A stretch of DNA of 34,814 nucleotides. Origin: a virus. The notes beneath the pieces were generated by a model, which was given only the letters and a program-made list of their open reading frames with translations, had not been told where the DNA came from and did not search any database. Position numbers and translations under genes: made by a program. This document shows, piece by piece, positions 1 through 9,123 of the stretch (the stretch's first letter is position 1; every line of letters starts with the position of its first letter). The stretch lies in UHGV virus genome UHGV-0076394; one strand, 5' to 3'.

Positions 1-10
1 TTAGCAAGGT

Positions 11-28
11 TGTGTACATTTGTACACA
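11..28. promoter_or_regulatory. Palindromic candidate operator TGTGTACA-tt-TGTACACA upstream of the TetR-family gene
   Basis: Perfect 8-bp inverted repeat with 2-bp spacer, about 22-39 nt upstream of the likely ATG at 50; TetR regulators commonly autoregulate through such dyads. Confidence 0.4.
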
Positions 29-49
29 ATTGCAGAGAGAGGAAATGAC

Positions 50-586
50 ATGCGTCGCGCTAACGATCCGCAACGGCGAGAAAAAATTATCCAGGCCACG
101 CTGGAGGCGGTGAAACTTTACGGAATACATGCTGTTACGCACCGCAAAATTGCTACCCTTGCCGGGGTACCGTTGGGATCGATGACCTACTATTTTTCAG
201 GAATTGATGAGTTGTTACTGGAGGCGTTCAGCAGTTTTACTGAGATCATGTCCCGGCAATATCAGGCATTTTTTAGCGATGTTAGTGATGCTCCGGGCGC
301 ATGCCAGGCTATCACCGATATGATCTACAGCTCACAGGTTGCAACGCCGGATAACATGGAGCTGATGTACCAGCTCTACGCGCTGGCTAGCCGAAAACCG
401 CTATTAAAAACGGTAATGCAAAACTGGATGCAGCGCAGTCAGCAAACGCTCGAACAATGGTTTGAACCCGGAACCGCCCGCGCGCTTGATGCGTTTATTG
501 AGGGGATGACGCTGCATTTTGTCACCGACCGTAAGCCGCTATCGCGCGAGGAGATTTTGAGGATGGTTGAGAGGGTTGCAGGGTAG
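50..586 (+). CDS. TetR/AcrR-family transcriptional regulator (host gene flanking the prophage)
   Basis: ORF 20..586; N-terminal HTH-like segment ([37 protein letters not shown]) typical of TetR family; ATG at 50 is preceded by a GAGAGGA Shine-Dalgarno, the track start at 20 is a TTG. Confidence 0.8.
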
Positions 587-690
587 TAGATAAGTTTTAG
601 ATAACAAAAAACCCATTTATGTAAACGGGTTAATGAAAACAACAAGTTAGATTAAAAACAATAAGTTAGGTTGGTGGTCAGTGGTGGTTA
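587..690. other. Candidate attL region (host-prophage junction) with short direct repeats AAGTTAG(A/G)TT
   Basis: AT-rich 100-bp spacer between the host TetR gene stop and the 3' end of int; in P2-like phages attP lies immediately 3' of int; two copies of AAGTTAGxTT at about 647-670; no tRNA-like sequence seen. Confidence 0.35.
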
Positions 691-1743
691 TTACGGGGTA
701 ATGCCAACCGCTGCCGCCACTTTGTCGCCACTTGGCAGCGTTGCCAGAGGATTGAAACGGAGCGCCGTTTCCAGATGATCCGGTGCCAGATGTGCGTAAC
801 GCATAGTCATTTTTATATCGTGGTGTCCGAGAATTTTTTGTAAGGCCAGAATGTTTCCACCCGACATCATGAAGTGCGCCGCAAACGTATGGCGCAGAAC
901 GTGTGTGAGTTGACCGCGAGGGAGCACGATAGACGTTTTTTCCATCACGGATAAAAATTGAAAATAGCAGTCTGTGAAGAAATTGAACCCATCAAGCGCC
1001 ATGATCTCTTCGTAAAGCTCTTTACTGATAGGGATGCTTCTGTTTTTCTTCCCCTTCGTTCTTACAAAGGTAATTCGGTATTTGGTCACCTGTGAACGAG
1101 TAAGATTTACGGCTTCTCGCCAGCGTGCGCCTGTGCTTAAGCATATCTTAACTACCAGTGCTAGAATTGGGTCCTGACGTTTGCAATCAGCCAGTAATTC
1201 AACAATCTGCTCATGGGTAAGCCATGCCATCTCTTTTTCTGCGATGGTGAATTTTCGCATGTTCTCCAGTGGGTTCGGATACGACCATTCGCCCAGACGG
1301 GATAGTTCGCTAAAAACACTACTTAGATAGCTTTGCTCCAGGTTAATGGTGACCGGGCTTGCTCCTTTCTTCCATTTCTCGCTGAAGTAGATCTCGCCTG
1401 TCAGGCGTTTATCTCGATAGTGGGCAAACATTTTAGAGGTGAGATCGGTTGCAAGAGGATTGCCCAGAGCGTCAACCATCAGCAGCAATTTGTCATAGAC
1501 ATGCTGCCCAGCAGTCAGAGATTTACCATGTAGTTTGAACCATAGCTCAACCACGTCTTTCAGGGTTCGACGATCCACTGATTCGCCCAGCCATGGCTTT
1601 GATTCGGTTTCTTCCATAGTGTGACGCTCAAAAGCCAGAGCTTCGCCTTTGGTGGCGAATTGTTTACGCACACGACGCCCACTTCGTCCGGCGGGGTAAC
1701 ATTCGCAAAGCCATTTCCCTGTGGTGAGTTTTCGTACTGCCAT
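691..1743 (-). CDS. int: Tyrosine site-specific integrase (P2/186 type)
   Basis: ORF 691..1899 minus; C-terminal catalytic region with ARWREA, HVLRHTFA and MRYAHL motifs; start set to the internal ATG at 1743 (MAVRKLTTGKW...) which has a GGAGGG Shine-Dalgarno 8 nt upstream. Confidence 0.9.
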   Translation of the reverse strand: MAVRKLTTGKWLCECYPAGRSGRRVRKQFATKGEALAFERHTMEETESKPWLGESVDRRTLKDVVELWFKLHGKSLTAGQHVYDKLLLMVDALGNPLATDLTSKMFAHYRDKRLTGEIYFSEKWKKGASPVTINLEQSYLSSVFSELSRLGEWSYPNPLENMRKFTIAEKEMAWLTHEQIVELLADCKRQDPILALVVKICLSTGARWREAVNLTRSQVTKYRITFVRTKGKKNRSIPISKELYEEIMALDGFNFFTDCYFQFLSVMEKTSIVLPRGQLTHVLRHTFAAHFMMSGGNILALQKILGHHDIKMTMRYAHLAPDHLETALRFNPLATLPSGDKVAAAVGITP

Positions 1744-1931
1744 AAAAAATGCCCTCCAGTAGAGAGCATTTTTACTGTATGTATAACCAGTGTCAATGTA
1801 TGAAATCCTACGACCATACATCTCACTGAAGCCATAATGAAGTTGGCTATTCTTTTTGCTATGTGAGCATGTAACTTTTGCGGTTAACCTGCGGCTCATT
1901 TTTATTTTAGACGCAGATATAAAAGCAAAAG

Positions 1932-2123
1932 TTATCGTGAGTTTTTAGTACAGATTTTTTTGGATTTACTAATAGTTCCATCATTGCAAACGAATTTGCC
2001 ATCTGAGGTACAGTGAGAAACACCTCCCTTTTTCCCTGAGCAGGGATAATTTCTAGCATAGGTAGTTAGTGGGTTTAATAACAAAGAACATGACAAAACC
2101 ACAAAAAATACCTTACCAAGCAT
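1932..2123 (-). CDS. Small secreted cysteine-rich protein (63 aa) with N-terminal signal peptide; candidate lysogenic-conversion cargo
   Basis: Strong Shine-Dalgarno (GGGAGGAAA) before the ATG; hydrophobic signal-like N-terminus [23 protein letters not shown]; mature part has four Cys; AT-rich; sits between cI and int on the same strand. Confidence 0.5.
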   Translation of the reverse strand: MLGKVFFVVLSCSLLLNPLTTYARNYPCSGKKGGVSHCTSDGKFVCNDGTISKSKKICTKNSR

Positions 2124-2138
2124 AGTTTCCTCCCGGTA

Positions 2139-2714
2139 CTATTTAACATACTTGACTGTTAAACTTATAATTTTACCAATTATTTCAATGTCTTCTATCT
2201 TACATTCGAAGGCTCTGTTTCCACCCTCGACGAAGATTCTTCCACCGGGTAAACGAGTAATGTCACGGATCGTTACTTCGCCATCAATACTTATTACCCA
2301 TTTACCATCACGTATATCATCAAATTCTTTATCACAAATAAATTCAGAATTGTTATCTGTGATGACAAAAGGTTTTTTAAACGTAGAGGGTAGAAATCCC
2401 TTATCAAAAATATAAAAACCGTCTTCACGCAAGGCACCATCAGATAATACATATTTAGCAACTTCCATAGTATTTGTATTACCTGAAGTTTGCTTTGAAC
2501 CATGTCCGGTTGTGAGCCAATTAAGCGAGGTGCCCGTTTCAAGGGCGCACTGGATTACCCATTCTGCTGGGAATGAGTCACGCATGTAGCGTGTGGCGAG
2601 TGTACTTTTAGAGATTCCTAAATGATCGCACAACGCCTGTCGAGTTTTGAATCCATAAGCTTCTACCATGCGCTCTATAGCGCCTCGTCCGCCTTTCTCC
2701 AAATTCATGGTCAC
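2139..2714 (-). CDS. cI: CI-like immunity repressor (186 type)
   Basis: 191 aa; N-terminal HTH-like region (AYGFKTRQALCDHLGISKSTLATRY... CALETGTSLNWLTTG); position and orientation match phage 186 cI relative to int and apl. Confidence 0.75.
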   Translation of the reverse strand: MTMNLEKGGRGAIERMVEAYGFKTRQALCDHLGISKSTLATRYMRDSFPAEWVIQCALETGTSLNWLTTGHGSKQTSGNTNTMEVAKYVLSDGALREDGFYIFDKGFLPSTFKKPFVITDNNSEFICDKEFDDIRDGKWVISIDGEVTIRDITRLPGGRIFVEGGNRAFECKIEDIEIIGKIISLTVKYVK

Positions 2715-2833
2715 TCCAAGTGAACTTTTATCTTGACGATTTCATTGTGCGATCGTATGTTTATGGTGTTCACAAAATACAAACGATCCGTATTCGTCCT
2801 GATTAATCATCATTAAACGAGGAATGTTGCATC
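2715..2833. promoter_or_regulatory. Divergent early promoter/operator region between cI and apl (pR/pL-like switch region)
   Basis: 119-bp intergenic region between divergent cI and apl/cox genes; contains TTGACG and A/T-rich -10-like hexamers and repeated ACGAT-containing elements; by analogy to the 186/P2 lysis-lysogeny switch. Confidence 0.5.
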
Positions 2834-3055
2834 ATGAGACCTAACATTTCAATCACTCTTACCACGCCTCATGTGACTATTGAGCGCTATAGCGAGCTGA
2901 CAGGGCTGTCCATCGATACCATCAATGACATGTTGGCTGACGGACGCCTTATCCGTCACCGTTTGCGCAAAGATAAAAAACGCGAAAAAGTGATGATCAA
3001 CATAGCAGCCATGACCGTTGATGCGCTTTCAGAATGCAATCTAAACCTTAATTAG
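2834..3055 (+). CDS. Apl/Cox-like small DNA-binding excisionase and switch regulator
   Basis: 73-aa basic protein encoded first in the rightward early operon, divergent from cI; the slot occupied by apl in 186 and cox in P2. Confidence 0.6.
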   Translation: MRPNISITLTTPHVTIERYSELTGLSIDTINDMLADGRLIRHRLRKDKKREKVMINIAAMTVDALSECNLNLN

Positions 3056-3087
3056 TTCGATTCTGAAATACATCAGAGGCATTGACC

Positions 3088-3597
3088 ATGTTTGATTACC
3101 AAGTTTCCAAACATCCACATTTTGATGAAGCCTGTCGTGCATTTGCACTGCGCCACAATCTGGTGCAACTGGCAGAACGTGCAGGCATGAATGTGCAGAT
3201 TCTGCGGAACAAGCTGAACCCAGCTCAGCCTCATCTATTAACCGCACCAGAAATCTGGCTGCTTACCGATCTGACTGAAGATTCAACGCTGGTAGATGGT
3301 TTTCTGGCACAGATTCATTGTCTGCCATGTGTACCGATTAATGAGGTGGCAAAAGAGAAACTGCCACATTACGTCATGAGTGCAACCGCAGAGATCGGGC
3401 GTGTTGCTGCAGGTGCGGTATCTGGCGATGTAAAAACCAGTGCAGGTCGTCGTGATGCTATCAGCAGCATTAACTCTGTAACACGACTGATGGCGTTGGC
3501 TGCTGTTTCATTGCAGGCCCGTTTACAGGCTAACCCTGCGATGGCGAGTGCAGTTGATACCGTGACCGGCCTCGGTGCTTCATTCGGTTTGCTGTGA
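3088..3597 (+). CDS. cII: CII-like lysogeny establishment regulator (186 CII type)
   Basis: ATG at 3088 with AGAGG Shine-Dalgarno; 169 aa; position after apl; recalled similarity to 186 CII ([19 protein letters not shown]... [23 protein letters not shown]). Confidence 0.7.
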   Translation: MFDYQVSKHPHFDEACRAFALRHNLVQLAERAGMNVQILRNKLNPAQPHLLTAPEIWLLTDLTEDSTLVDGFLAQIHCLPCVPINEVAKEKLPHYVMSATAEIGRVAAGAVSGDVKTSAGRRDAISSINSVTRLMALAAVSLQARLQANPAMASAVDTVTGLGASFGLL

Positions 3598-3604
3598 GGT
3601 GCTT

Positions 3605-3901
3605 ATGCTGACGAAAGAACCATCATTTGCATCGCTGCTGGTAAAGCAAAGCCCGGCAATGCACTACGGTCACGGCTGGATCATGGGTGAGGATGGAAAA
3701 CGCTGGCATCCATGTCATTCACAAGATGAATTGCTGTCTGAATTGACCACGAGGAAACGGAGAAAGTCAAAATGTATGCAGCGGAAAGTGAAGTGGTTTA
3801 TCAGTTTTGTTACAGAGGGGAGAGTTATTCAGTACCTGAAGATGATTTGCTCTGTTGTTATCCGTCGTTGTCGGGCGATGGCAGTTACTTTTTCACGCTA
3901 A
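3605..3901 (+). CDS. Hypothetical early protein (true 3' end uncertain)
   Basis: ATG at 3605 with GAGGT Shine-Dalgarno directly after the cII stop; the first ~55 codons look protein-like, the distal part overlaps the next gene in another frame and is Cys/Arg-rich. Confidence 0.35.
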   Translation: MLTKEPSFASLLVKQSPAMHYGHGWIMGEDGKRWHPCHSQDELLSELTTRKRRKSKCMQRKVKWFISFVTEGRVIQYLKMICSVVIRRCRAMAVTFSR

Positions 3902-3996
3902 AGGATGGGACGTTTTTACGGGGAGAGCAGGTTAAAGAGACGGTACGAAAAAATGTATCTCCCCTTGAGCGTTACCGTAAGAACAAAGAACGATAG
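3772..3996 (+). CDS. Hypothetical small early phage protein (74 aa)
   Basis: ATG preceded by GGAGAAAG Shine-Dalgarno; compact acidic protein. Confidence 0.5.
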   Translation: MYAAESEVVYQFCYRGESYSVPEDDLLCCYPSLSGDGSYFFTLKDGTFLRGEQVKETVRKNVSPLERYRKNKER

Positions 3997-4018
3997 GTGC
4001 GTTTGGGGGATATGAAGT

Positions 4019-4360
4019 ATGGCAATTAATGGCGCTGCGGCGACTGTTCCATTAAGCCCCGGAGAACGCCTGAATGGACTTAATCACATTGCGGAATTAA
4101 GGGCGAAAGTATTTGGCCTGAATATTGAGTCAGAGCTTGAGCGGTTTATTAAAGATATGCGTGATCCACGGGATATCAATAACGAACAAAATAAACGGGC
4201 ACTGGCTGCCATATTCTTTATGGCAAAAATTCCAGCTGAACGTCATAGCATCAGCATTAATGAGCTGACCACTGACGAAAAGCGGGAGTTGATTAAAGCA
4301 ATGAATCATTTTCGTGCAGTGGTGAGCTTATTTCCCAGACGGCTAACCATGCCGAATTAA
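4019..4360 (+). CDS. Hypothetical early phage protein (113 aa)
   Basis: ORF in the early rightward operon, closely spaced with neighbours. Confidence 0.5.
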   Translation: MAINGAAATVPLSPGERLNGLNHIAELRAKVFGLNIESELERFIKDMRDPRDINNEQNKRALAAIFFMAKIPAERHSISINELTTDEKRELIKAMNHFRAVVSLFPRRLTMPN

Positions 4361-4427
4361 CCAACTAATGAAATTAATGGCGTAAACCCGCCGGGCATCC
4401 CTTTATCTAAATTCAGGAGAATTGATT

Positions 4428-4661
4428 ATGCGTAATATTGAAACCCTCTCGACCAAAACCGGACCGGATGACGCAGGGCTTAATATTTTACTGACAGAGG
4501 CTCGTCTGGAAGAACGCCGGGCAAGGGCTGAAGCAATGGCAGCTCGCCTTGATAGCCTGGCGTGTCATATCACATCCCGCCAGCTAACCCACGTCGAAGC
4601 GGCAGAACTGCTTCGTGTGACTGCTGAAGCAATCCAGAACGAAGCGCAGGAGATCCACTAA
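4428..4661 (+). CDS. Hypothetical early phage protein (78 aa)
   Basis: ATG at 4428 preceded by AGGAGA Shine-Dalgarno (the track start at 4422 is a TTG); stop overlaps the start of the next gene. Confidence 0.5.
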   Translation: MRNIETLSTKTGPDDAGLNILLTEARLEERRARAEAMAARLDSLACHITSRQLTHVEAAELLRVTAEAIQNEAQEIH

Positions 4662-4888
4662 TGGCTGATGCAATGGATCTCGTACAGCAGCGCGTTGAAG
4701 AAGAACGCCAACGCCATATCCGTGCTGCCCGTGCCAAAACGCCGGGCGTGTCCCGCGTGCTTTGCATTGAGTGTGAAGCGCCAATTCCGCCAGCACGCCG
4801 CCGTGCCATTCCGGGTGTGCAGCTTTGCATTACCTGTCAGGAAATCGCAGAGCTGAAAGGCAAACATTACAACGGAGGTGCTGTATGA
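4661..4888 (+). CDS. TraR/DksA-family C4 zinc-finger protein
   Basis: 75 aa with CIECEAPIP...CITCQ (CxxC-N17-CxxC) characteristic of the DksA/TraR zinc finger; common just upstream of gene A in P2-like phages. Confidence 0.7.
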   Translation: MADAMDLVQQRVEEERQRHIRAARAKTPGVSRVLCIECEAPIPPARRRAIPGVQLCITCQEIAELKGKHYNGGAV

Positions 4889-5742
4889 GCACCATCCTGA
4901 AATGGGCGGGAAATAAAACTGCCATAATGTCCGAACTGAAAAAACATCTTCCTGCTGGCCCGCGACTGGTTGAACCTTTCGCGGGTTCCTGTGCTGTGAT
5001 GATGGAGACGGATTATCCCAGCTATCTGGTTGCGGATATTAATCCTGATTTAATCAACCTCTATAAAAAGGTTGCCGCTGATTGTGAATCGTTTATATCT
5101 CGCGCCAGAGTTTTATTTGAGATCGCAAACAGGGAGGTGGCTTATTACAACATAAGGCAGGAGTTTAATTACTCAACTGAAATTACTGATTTCATGAGAG
5201 CGGTATATTTCCTGTATCTCAATCGTCACGGTTACCGTGGTTTATGTCGCTATAACAAGAGCGGGCATTTCAACATTCCCTACGGTAATTATAAAAATCC
5301 GTATTTCCCTGAAAAAGAAATTCGCGCATTTGCAGAAAAGGCCCAGCGAGCAACGTTTATCTGCGCCAGCTTTGATGAAACGCTGGCGATGTTGAAGGCG
5401 GGGGATGTGGTGTATTGCGATCCGCCGTATGACGGTACGTTTTCCGGCTATCACACTGACGGCTTCACTGAAGATGACCAGTATCACCTGGCATCTGTTC
5501 TTGAACATCGGTCATCAGAAGGACATCCGGTCATTGTTTCTAACAGTGACACATCCCTGATCCGTTCGCTGTATCGCAATTTTACTCACCACTACATCAA
5601 GGCAAAACGCAGCATCGGTGTGGCAGCTGGCGAGGGTAAATCAGCAACAGAAATCATTGCTGTTTCCGGGCCGCGCTGCTGGGTGGGATTTGATTATTCG
5701 CGTGGCGTGGATAGTTCTGCCGTGTACGGAGTACGTGCATGA
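4885..5742 (+). CDS. dam: DNA adenine methyltransferase (Dam-like, N6-adenine, D12 class)
   Basis: Start at the internal ATG 4885 (GGAGG Shine-Dalgarno; ATGA overlap with the upstream stop); N-terminal LKWAGNK, AdoMet-binding EPFAGS and catalytic DPPY motifs. Confidence 0.85.
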   Translation: MSTILKWAGNKTAIMSELKKHLPAGPRLVEPFAGSCAVMMETDYPSYLVADINPDLINLYKKVAADCESFISRARVLFEIANREVAYYNIRQEFNYSTEITDFMRAVYFLYLNRHGYRGLCRYNKSGHFNIPYGNYKNPYFPEKEIRAFAEKAQRATFICASFDETLAMLKAGDVVYCDPPYDGTFSGYHTDGFTEDDQYHLASVLEHRSSEGHPVIVSNSDTSLIRSLYRNFTHHYIKAKRSIGVAAGEGKSATEIIAVSGPRCWVGFDYSRGVDSSAVYGVRA

Positions 5743-8153
5743 GTCATGCCGATATGAACAACTGCTGCGGCTTTAACGAAGCTGCCGCATCGTTCTCATG
5801 GAACAGCCCGAAAAAGGCCATTAACCCTTATCTGGACCCGGTGGAAGTTGCGCCGGTTTCTACGCTTTCAAACCTGATCACTCTGTACGCTGCCGATAAC
5901 GAGCAGGAACAGCTGCGCCGTGAGGCGCTGAGTGATCAGGTTTGGGAGCGTTATTTCTTTAATGAATCCCGTGATCCTGTCCAGCGCGAAATGGAACAGG
6001 ATAAGCTCATTAGTCGGGCAAAGCTGGCGCATGAGCAGCAGCGTTTTAATCCGGATATGGTCATTCTGGCGGACGTCAACGCCCAGCCTTCCCATATCAG
6101 CAAGCCGCTGATGCAACGTATTGAATACTTCAGCAGCCTGGGCAGGCCAAAGGCTTATTCCCGCTATTTACGTGAGACGATTAAGCCATGTCTGGAACGA
6201 CTGGAGCATGTACGCGACAGTCAGCTATCTGCATCTTTTCGCTTTATGGCAAGCCATGAAGGGCTGGACGGCCTGCTGATCCTGCCTGAAATGAGTCAGG
6301 ATCAGGTGAAACGCCTGTCCACCCTGGTAGCTGCGCATATGAGTATGTGCCTTGATGCCGCTTGTGGCGATTTGTATGCCACCGATGACGTTAAGCCAGA
6401 AGAAATCCGCAATACATGGGAAAGGGTGGCAGCGGAAACCCTGCGTCTGGATGTCATCCCGCCTGCGTTTGAGCAACTCCGTCGGAAAAGAAACCGCCGT
6501 AAACCCGTGCCCTATGAACTCATTCCGGGTTCGCTGGCGCGTATGTTGTGCGCCGACTGGTGGTATCGGAAATTATGGAAGATGCGTTGCGAATGGCGGG
6601 AAGAGCAGTTGCGTGCAGTCTGCCTTGTCAGCAAAAAAGCATCTCCTTATGTCAGCTATGAAGCCGTGATGCATAAACGTGAGCAGCGCCGTAAGTCGCT
6701 GGAGTTTTTCCGTTCTCATGAACTGGTGAACGAAGACGGCGACACGCTGGACATGGAGGATGTGGTAAACGCCAGCAGCAGCAACCCAGCGCATCGCCGC
6801 AATGAGATGATGGCCTGTGTTAAAGGTCTGGAGCTTATCGCGGAAATGCGCGGTGACTGCGCCGTTTTCTACACCATCACCTGTCCGTCACGTTTCCATT
6901 CCACGCTAAATAACGGCAGGCCCAACCCAACCTGGACAAATGCGACGGTAAGACAAAGCAGTGATTATCTGGTCGGCATGTTTGCTGCATTTCGTAAGGC
7001 GATGCACAAAGCCGGATTGCGGTGGTATGGCGTGCGGGTGGCTGAGCCGCATCATGACGGTACAGTTCACTGGCACCTGTTGTGTTTTATGCGCAAAAAA
7101 GACCGCCGCACCATCACTGCATTACTGCGTAAGTTTGCCATCCGTGAAGACCGCGAGGAGCTGGGCAATAACACTGGGCCGCGCTTTAAGTCTGAGTTGA
7201 TTAACCCGCGCAAAGGTACGCCAACAAGCTACATCGCGAAATACATCAGTAAGAACATTGACGGGCGTGGTCTGGCTGGCGAGATCAGCAAGGAAACGGG
7301 GAAATCCCTGCGTGATAATGCTGAATACGTTAATGCCTGGGCGTCTCTGCATCGTGTTCAGCAATTCCGCTTCTTTGGCATTCCGGGGCGTCAGGCTTAC
7401 CGTGAACTGCGATTGCTGGCTGGTCAGGCGGCAAGGCAACAGGGGGACAAAAAAGCAGGTGCGCCGGTACTGGATAACCCGCGCCTTGATGCCATTCTGG
7501 CTGCTGCTGATGCTGGTTGTTTTGCCACCTACATCATGAAGCAGGGTGGCGTACTGGTTCCCCGCAAATATCACCTCATCAGAACTGCTTATGAAATCAA
7601 CGAAGAGCCGACCGCCTATGGCGATCACGGCATTCGTATTTATGGCATCTGGTCACCTATTGCAGAGGGCAAGATCTGCACTCATGCCGTGAAGTGGAAA
7701 ATGGTTCGTAAGGCCGTTGACGTTCAGGAGGCGGCAGCCGACCAGGGCGCTTGCGCCCCTTGGACTCGTGGCAATAACTGTCCCCTTGCTGAAAATTTGT
7801 ACCAACAAGGGAAAGACAAATCAGCTGATGGGGATACCAGAACGGATATCACCCGTATGGATGACAAGGAGTTGCACGATTACCTGCACAGTATGAACAA
7901 AAAAGAACGCCGGGAACTGGCTGCAAGGTTACGCCTGGTGAAACCGAAACGGCGTAGAGACTACAAACAGCGAATTACAGACCATCAACGACAGCAGCTC
8001 GTCTATGAACTGAAGTCCAGAGGATTTGATGGCAGCGAGAAAGAGGTCGATTTACTCCTTCGCGGCGGCAGCATTCCGTCAGGAGCAGGCCTGCGTATTT
8101 TCTATCGGAACCAGCGTTTGCAGGAAGATGATAAGTGGCGGAACCTGTATTAA
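5739..8153 (+). CDS. A: Replication initiation endonuclease (P2 gpA / 186 A family, rolling-circle initiator)
   Basis: 804 aa; ATGA overlap with dam; HxH metal-binding motif (VHWHLLCF) and Tyr-containing segment (YIAKYISK) typical of gpA-type nickases. Confidence 0.85.
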   Translation: MSHADMNNCCGFNEAAASFSWNSPKKAINPYLDPVEVAPVSTLSNLITLYAADNEQEQLRREALSDQVWERYFFNESRDPVQREMEQDKLISRAKLAHEQQRFNPDMVILADVNAQPSHISKPLMQRIEYFSSLGRPKAYSRYLRETIKPCLERLEHVRDSQLSASFRFMASHEGLDGLLILPEMSQDQVKRLSTLVAAHMSMCLDAACGDLYATDDVKPEEIRNTWERVAAETLRLDVIPPAFEQLRRKRNRRKPVPYELIPGSLARMLCADWWYRKLWKMRCEWREEQLRAVCLVSKKASPYVSYEAVMHKREQRRKSLEFFRSHELVNEDGDTLDMEDVVNASSSNPAHRRNEMMACVKGLELIAEMRGDCAVFYTITCPSRFHSTLNNGRPNPTWTNATVRQSSDYLVGMFAAFRKAMHKAGLRWYGVRVAEPHHDGTVHWHLLCFMRKKDRRTITALLRKFAIREDREELGNNTGPRFKSELINPRKGTPTSYIAKYISKNIDGRGLAGEISKETGKSLRDNAEYVNAWASLHRVQQFRFFGIPGRQAYRELRLLAGQAARQQGDKKAGAPVLDNPRLDAILAAADAGCFATYIMKQGGVLVPRKYHLIRTAYEINEEPTAYGDHGIRIYGIWSPIAEGKICTHAVKWKMVRKAVDVQEAAADQGACAPWTRGNNCPLAENLYQQGKDKSADGDTRTDITRMDDKELHDYLHSMNKKERRELAARLRLVKPKRRRDYKQRITDHQRQQLVYELKSRGFDGSEKEVDLLLRGGSIPSGAGLRIFYRNQRLQEDDKWRNLY

Positions 8154-8247
8154 TTACGCGGATTAACAATTCGTGCTCTTAATAATACCAGGCATATCAG
8201 GCTGATGAACGTAAAAAAACGTTTTACATCAGTAAGATTATTATATA

Positions 8248-8263
8248 CTGTAAATATAAACAG
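8248..8263. promoter_or_regulatory. LexA box (SOS operator) CTGTAAATATAAACAG
   Basis: Exact CTGT-N8-ACAG with an AT-rich centre, about 45-60 nt upstream of the small ORF at 8307, overlapping -10-like hexamers. Confidence 0.7.
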
Positions 8264-8306
8264 TGGTTATGTATACAGTATTGCTTGTGGTGTCATAGGA
8301 GGAAAG

Positions 8307-8495
8307 ATGCAGGACTATTTTTTGGAGTCTTTGAAGCTCCAACGCATTGATTTTTTTCTTAAGCTTGTAGCGGCTAGTGAGTGTAGTGATGAAGAGAAGG
8401 GGCTGGCCCTGCAGTGGGTTTCTGAACTGACAGATGAACTCATGGCAAAAATCAGAAGCCACGAATACAACCGCTCAATGGATGTCATCAGCTGA
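8307..8495 (+). CDS. Small SOS-regulated protein (62 aa), possible Tum-like antirepressor module
   Basis: ATG at 8307 preceded by AGGAGGAAAG Shine-Dalgarno; directly downstream of the LexA box; in the slot that holds tum in 186. Confidence 0.45.
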   Translation: MQDYFLESLKLQRIDFFLKLVAASECSDEEKGLALQWVSELTDELMAKIRSHEYNRSMDVIS

Positions 8496-8505
8496 GGGGA
8501 CTTTT

Positions 8506-8739
8506 ATGCGCATTGAAATAATGATCGATAAAGAGCAGAAGATTAGCCAGTCTACCCTAGACGCCCTTGAATCAGAGCTTTACCGCAATCTGCGCCCCCT
8601 GTATCCCAAAACGGTAATTCGTATCCGTAAAGGTAGCTCTAACGGTGTGGAACTGACCGGACTGCAACTGGACGAAGAAAGGAAACAAGTGATGAAAATT
8701 ATGCAGAAGGTGTGGGAAGACGACAGCTGGCTGCATTAA
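8506..8739 (+). CDS. dinI: DinI-family protein (77 aa)
   Basis: ATG at 8506 with GAGGGGA Shine-Dalgarno; MRIEIMIDKEQ...LESELYRNL...WEDDSWL matches the DinI family pattern (MRIE...acidic C-terminus with W); co-transcribed with the LexA-controlled ORF. Confidence 0.7.
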   Translation: MRIEIMIDKEQKISQSTLDALESELYRNLRPLYPKTVIRIRKGSSNGVELTGLQLDEERKQVMKIMQKVWEDDSWLH

Positions 8740-9123
8740 GAAACGTTGCTGGCGTCTGAACTTGCTTCTGGCGTCAGCAAGGTTGAACAACGAGCTATGC
8801 GAGGCGTTAGCCATCTGATCAAAAGACATCAAATATCATATTGTATATCGTGGTCAAACGCTGGAAACAATCATTCCCGATCAGAGGGGCTTCTTTCAAT
8901 GTCCAAAAGAGTGAGATAGAGGATACAGGATGGGAAGAGCTTTTGATTAATTATCGTCCAAGTTTTTCAAAAGCTTCTTATCTGGCGGTCGATACATGAT
9001 TTACTGTTGGATATGGTATTTAAAATTAATCTTTACACTGTGGTATATGCAGAATAGGATATTATCAATACAATCAAACTGTTTTCATACGGTTATTAAT
9101 ATTGCAATGTTATAGGTAATGTC

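Noticed and set aside
439-645. 68-aa minus-strand ORF overlapping the 3' end of the TetR-family gene
   Set aside because: Antisense to a confident coding region; no independent signals
587-690. tRNA or tmRNA gene at the prophage attachment site
   Set aside because: No tRNA-like 3' end (acceptor stem with CCA context or T-loop GTTCGAATC-type motif) was seen; the junction abuts a protein-coding gene
691-1899. 402-aa extended integrase ORF from the six-frame track
   Set aside because: The 52-codon N-terminal extension has no Shine-Dalgarno and runs into the int promoter region; the internal ATG at 1743 has a GGAGGG Shine-Dalgarno and gives a typical ~350-aa P2-type integrase
8205-8505. Longer versions of the two SOS-module ORFs (track starts 8205 and 8434)
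   Set aside because: The extended starts lack ribosome-binding sites and the first would overlap the LexA box; internal ATGs at 8307 and 8506 have strong Shine-Dalgarno sequences and the second gives a canonical DinI-like N-terminus
8741-8790. Direct repeat CTGGCGTC x2 and a weak hairpin just downstream of the DinI-like gene as a terminator
   Set aside because: Stem is short (6 bp) and not followed by a T-run; could be a weak terminator but the evidence is not enough to call it
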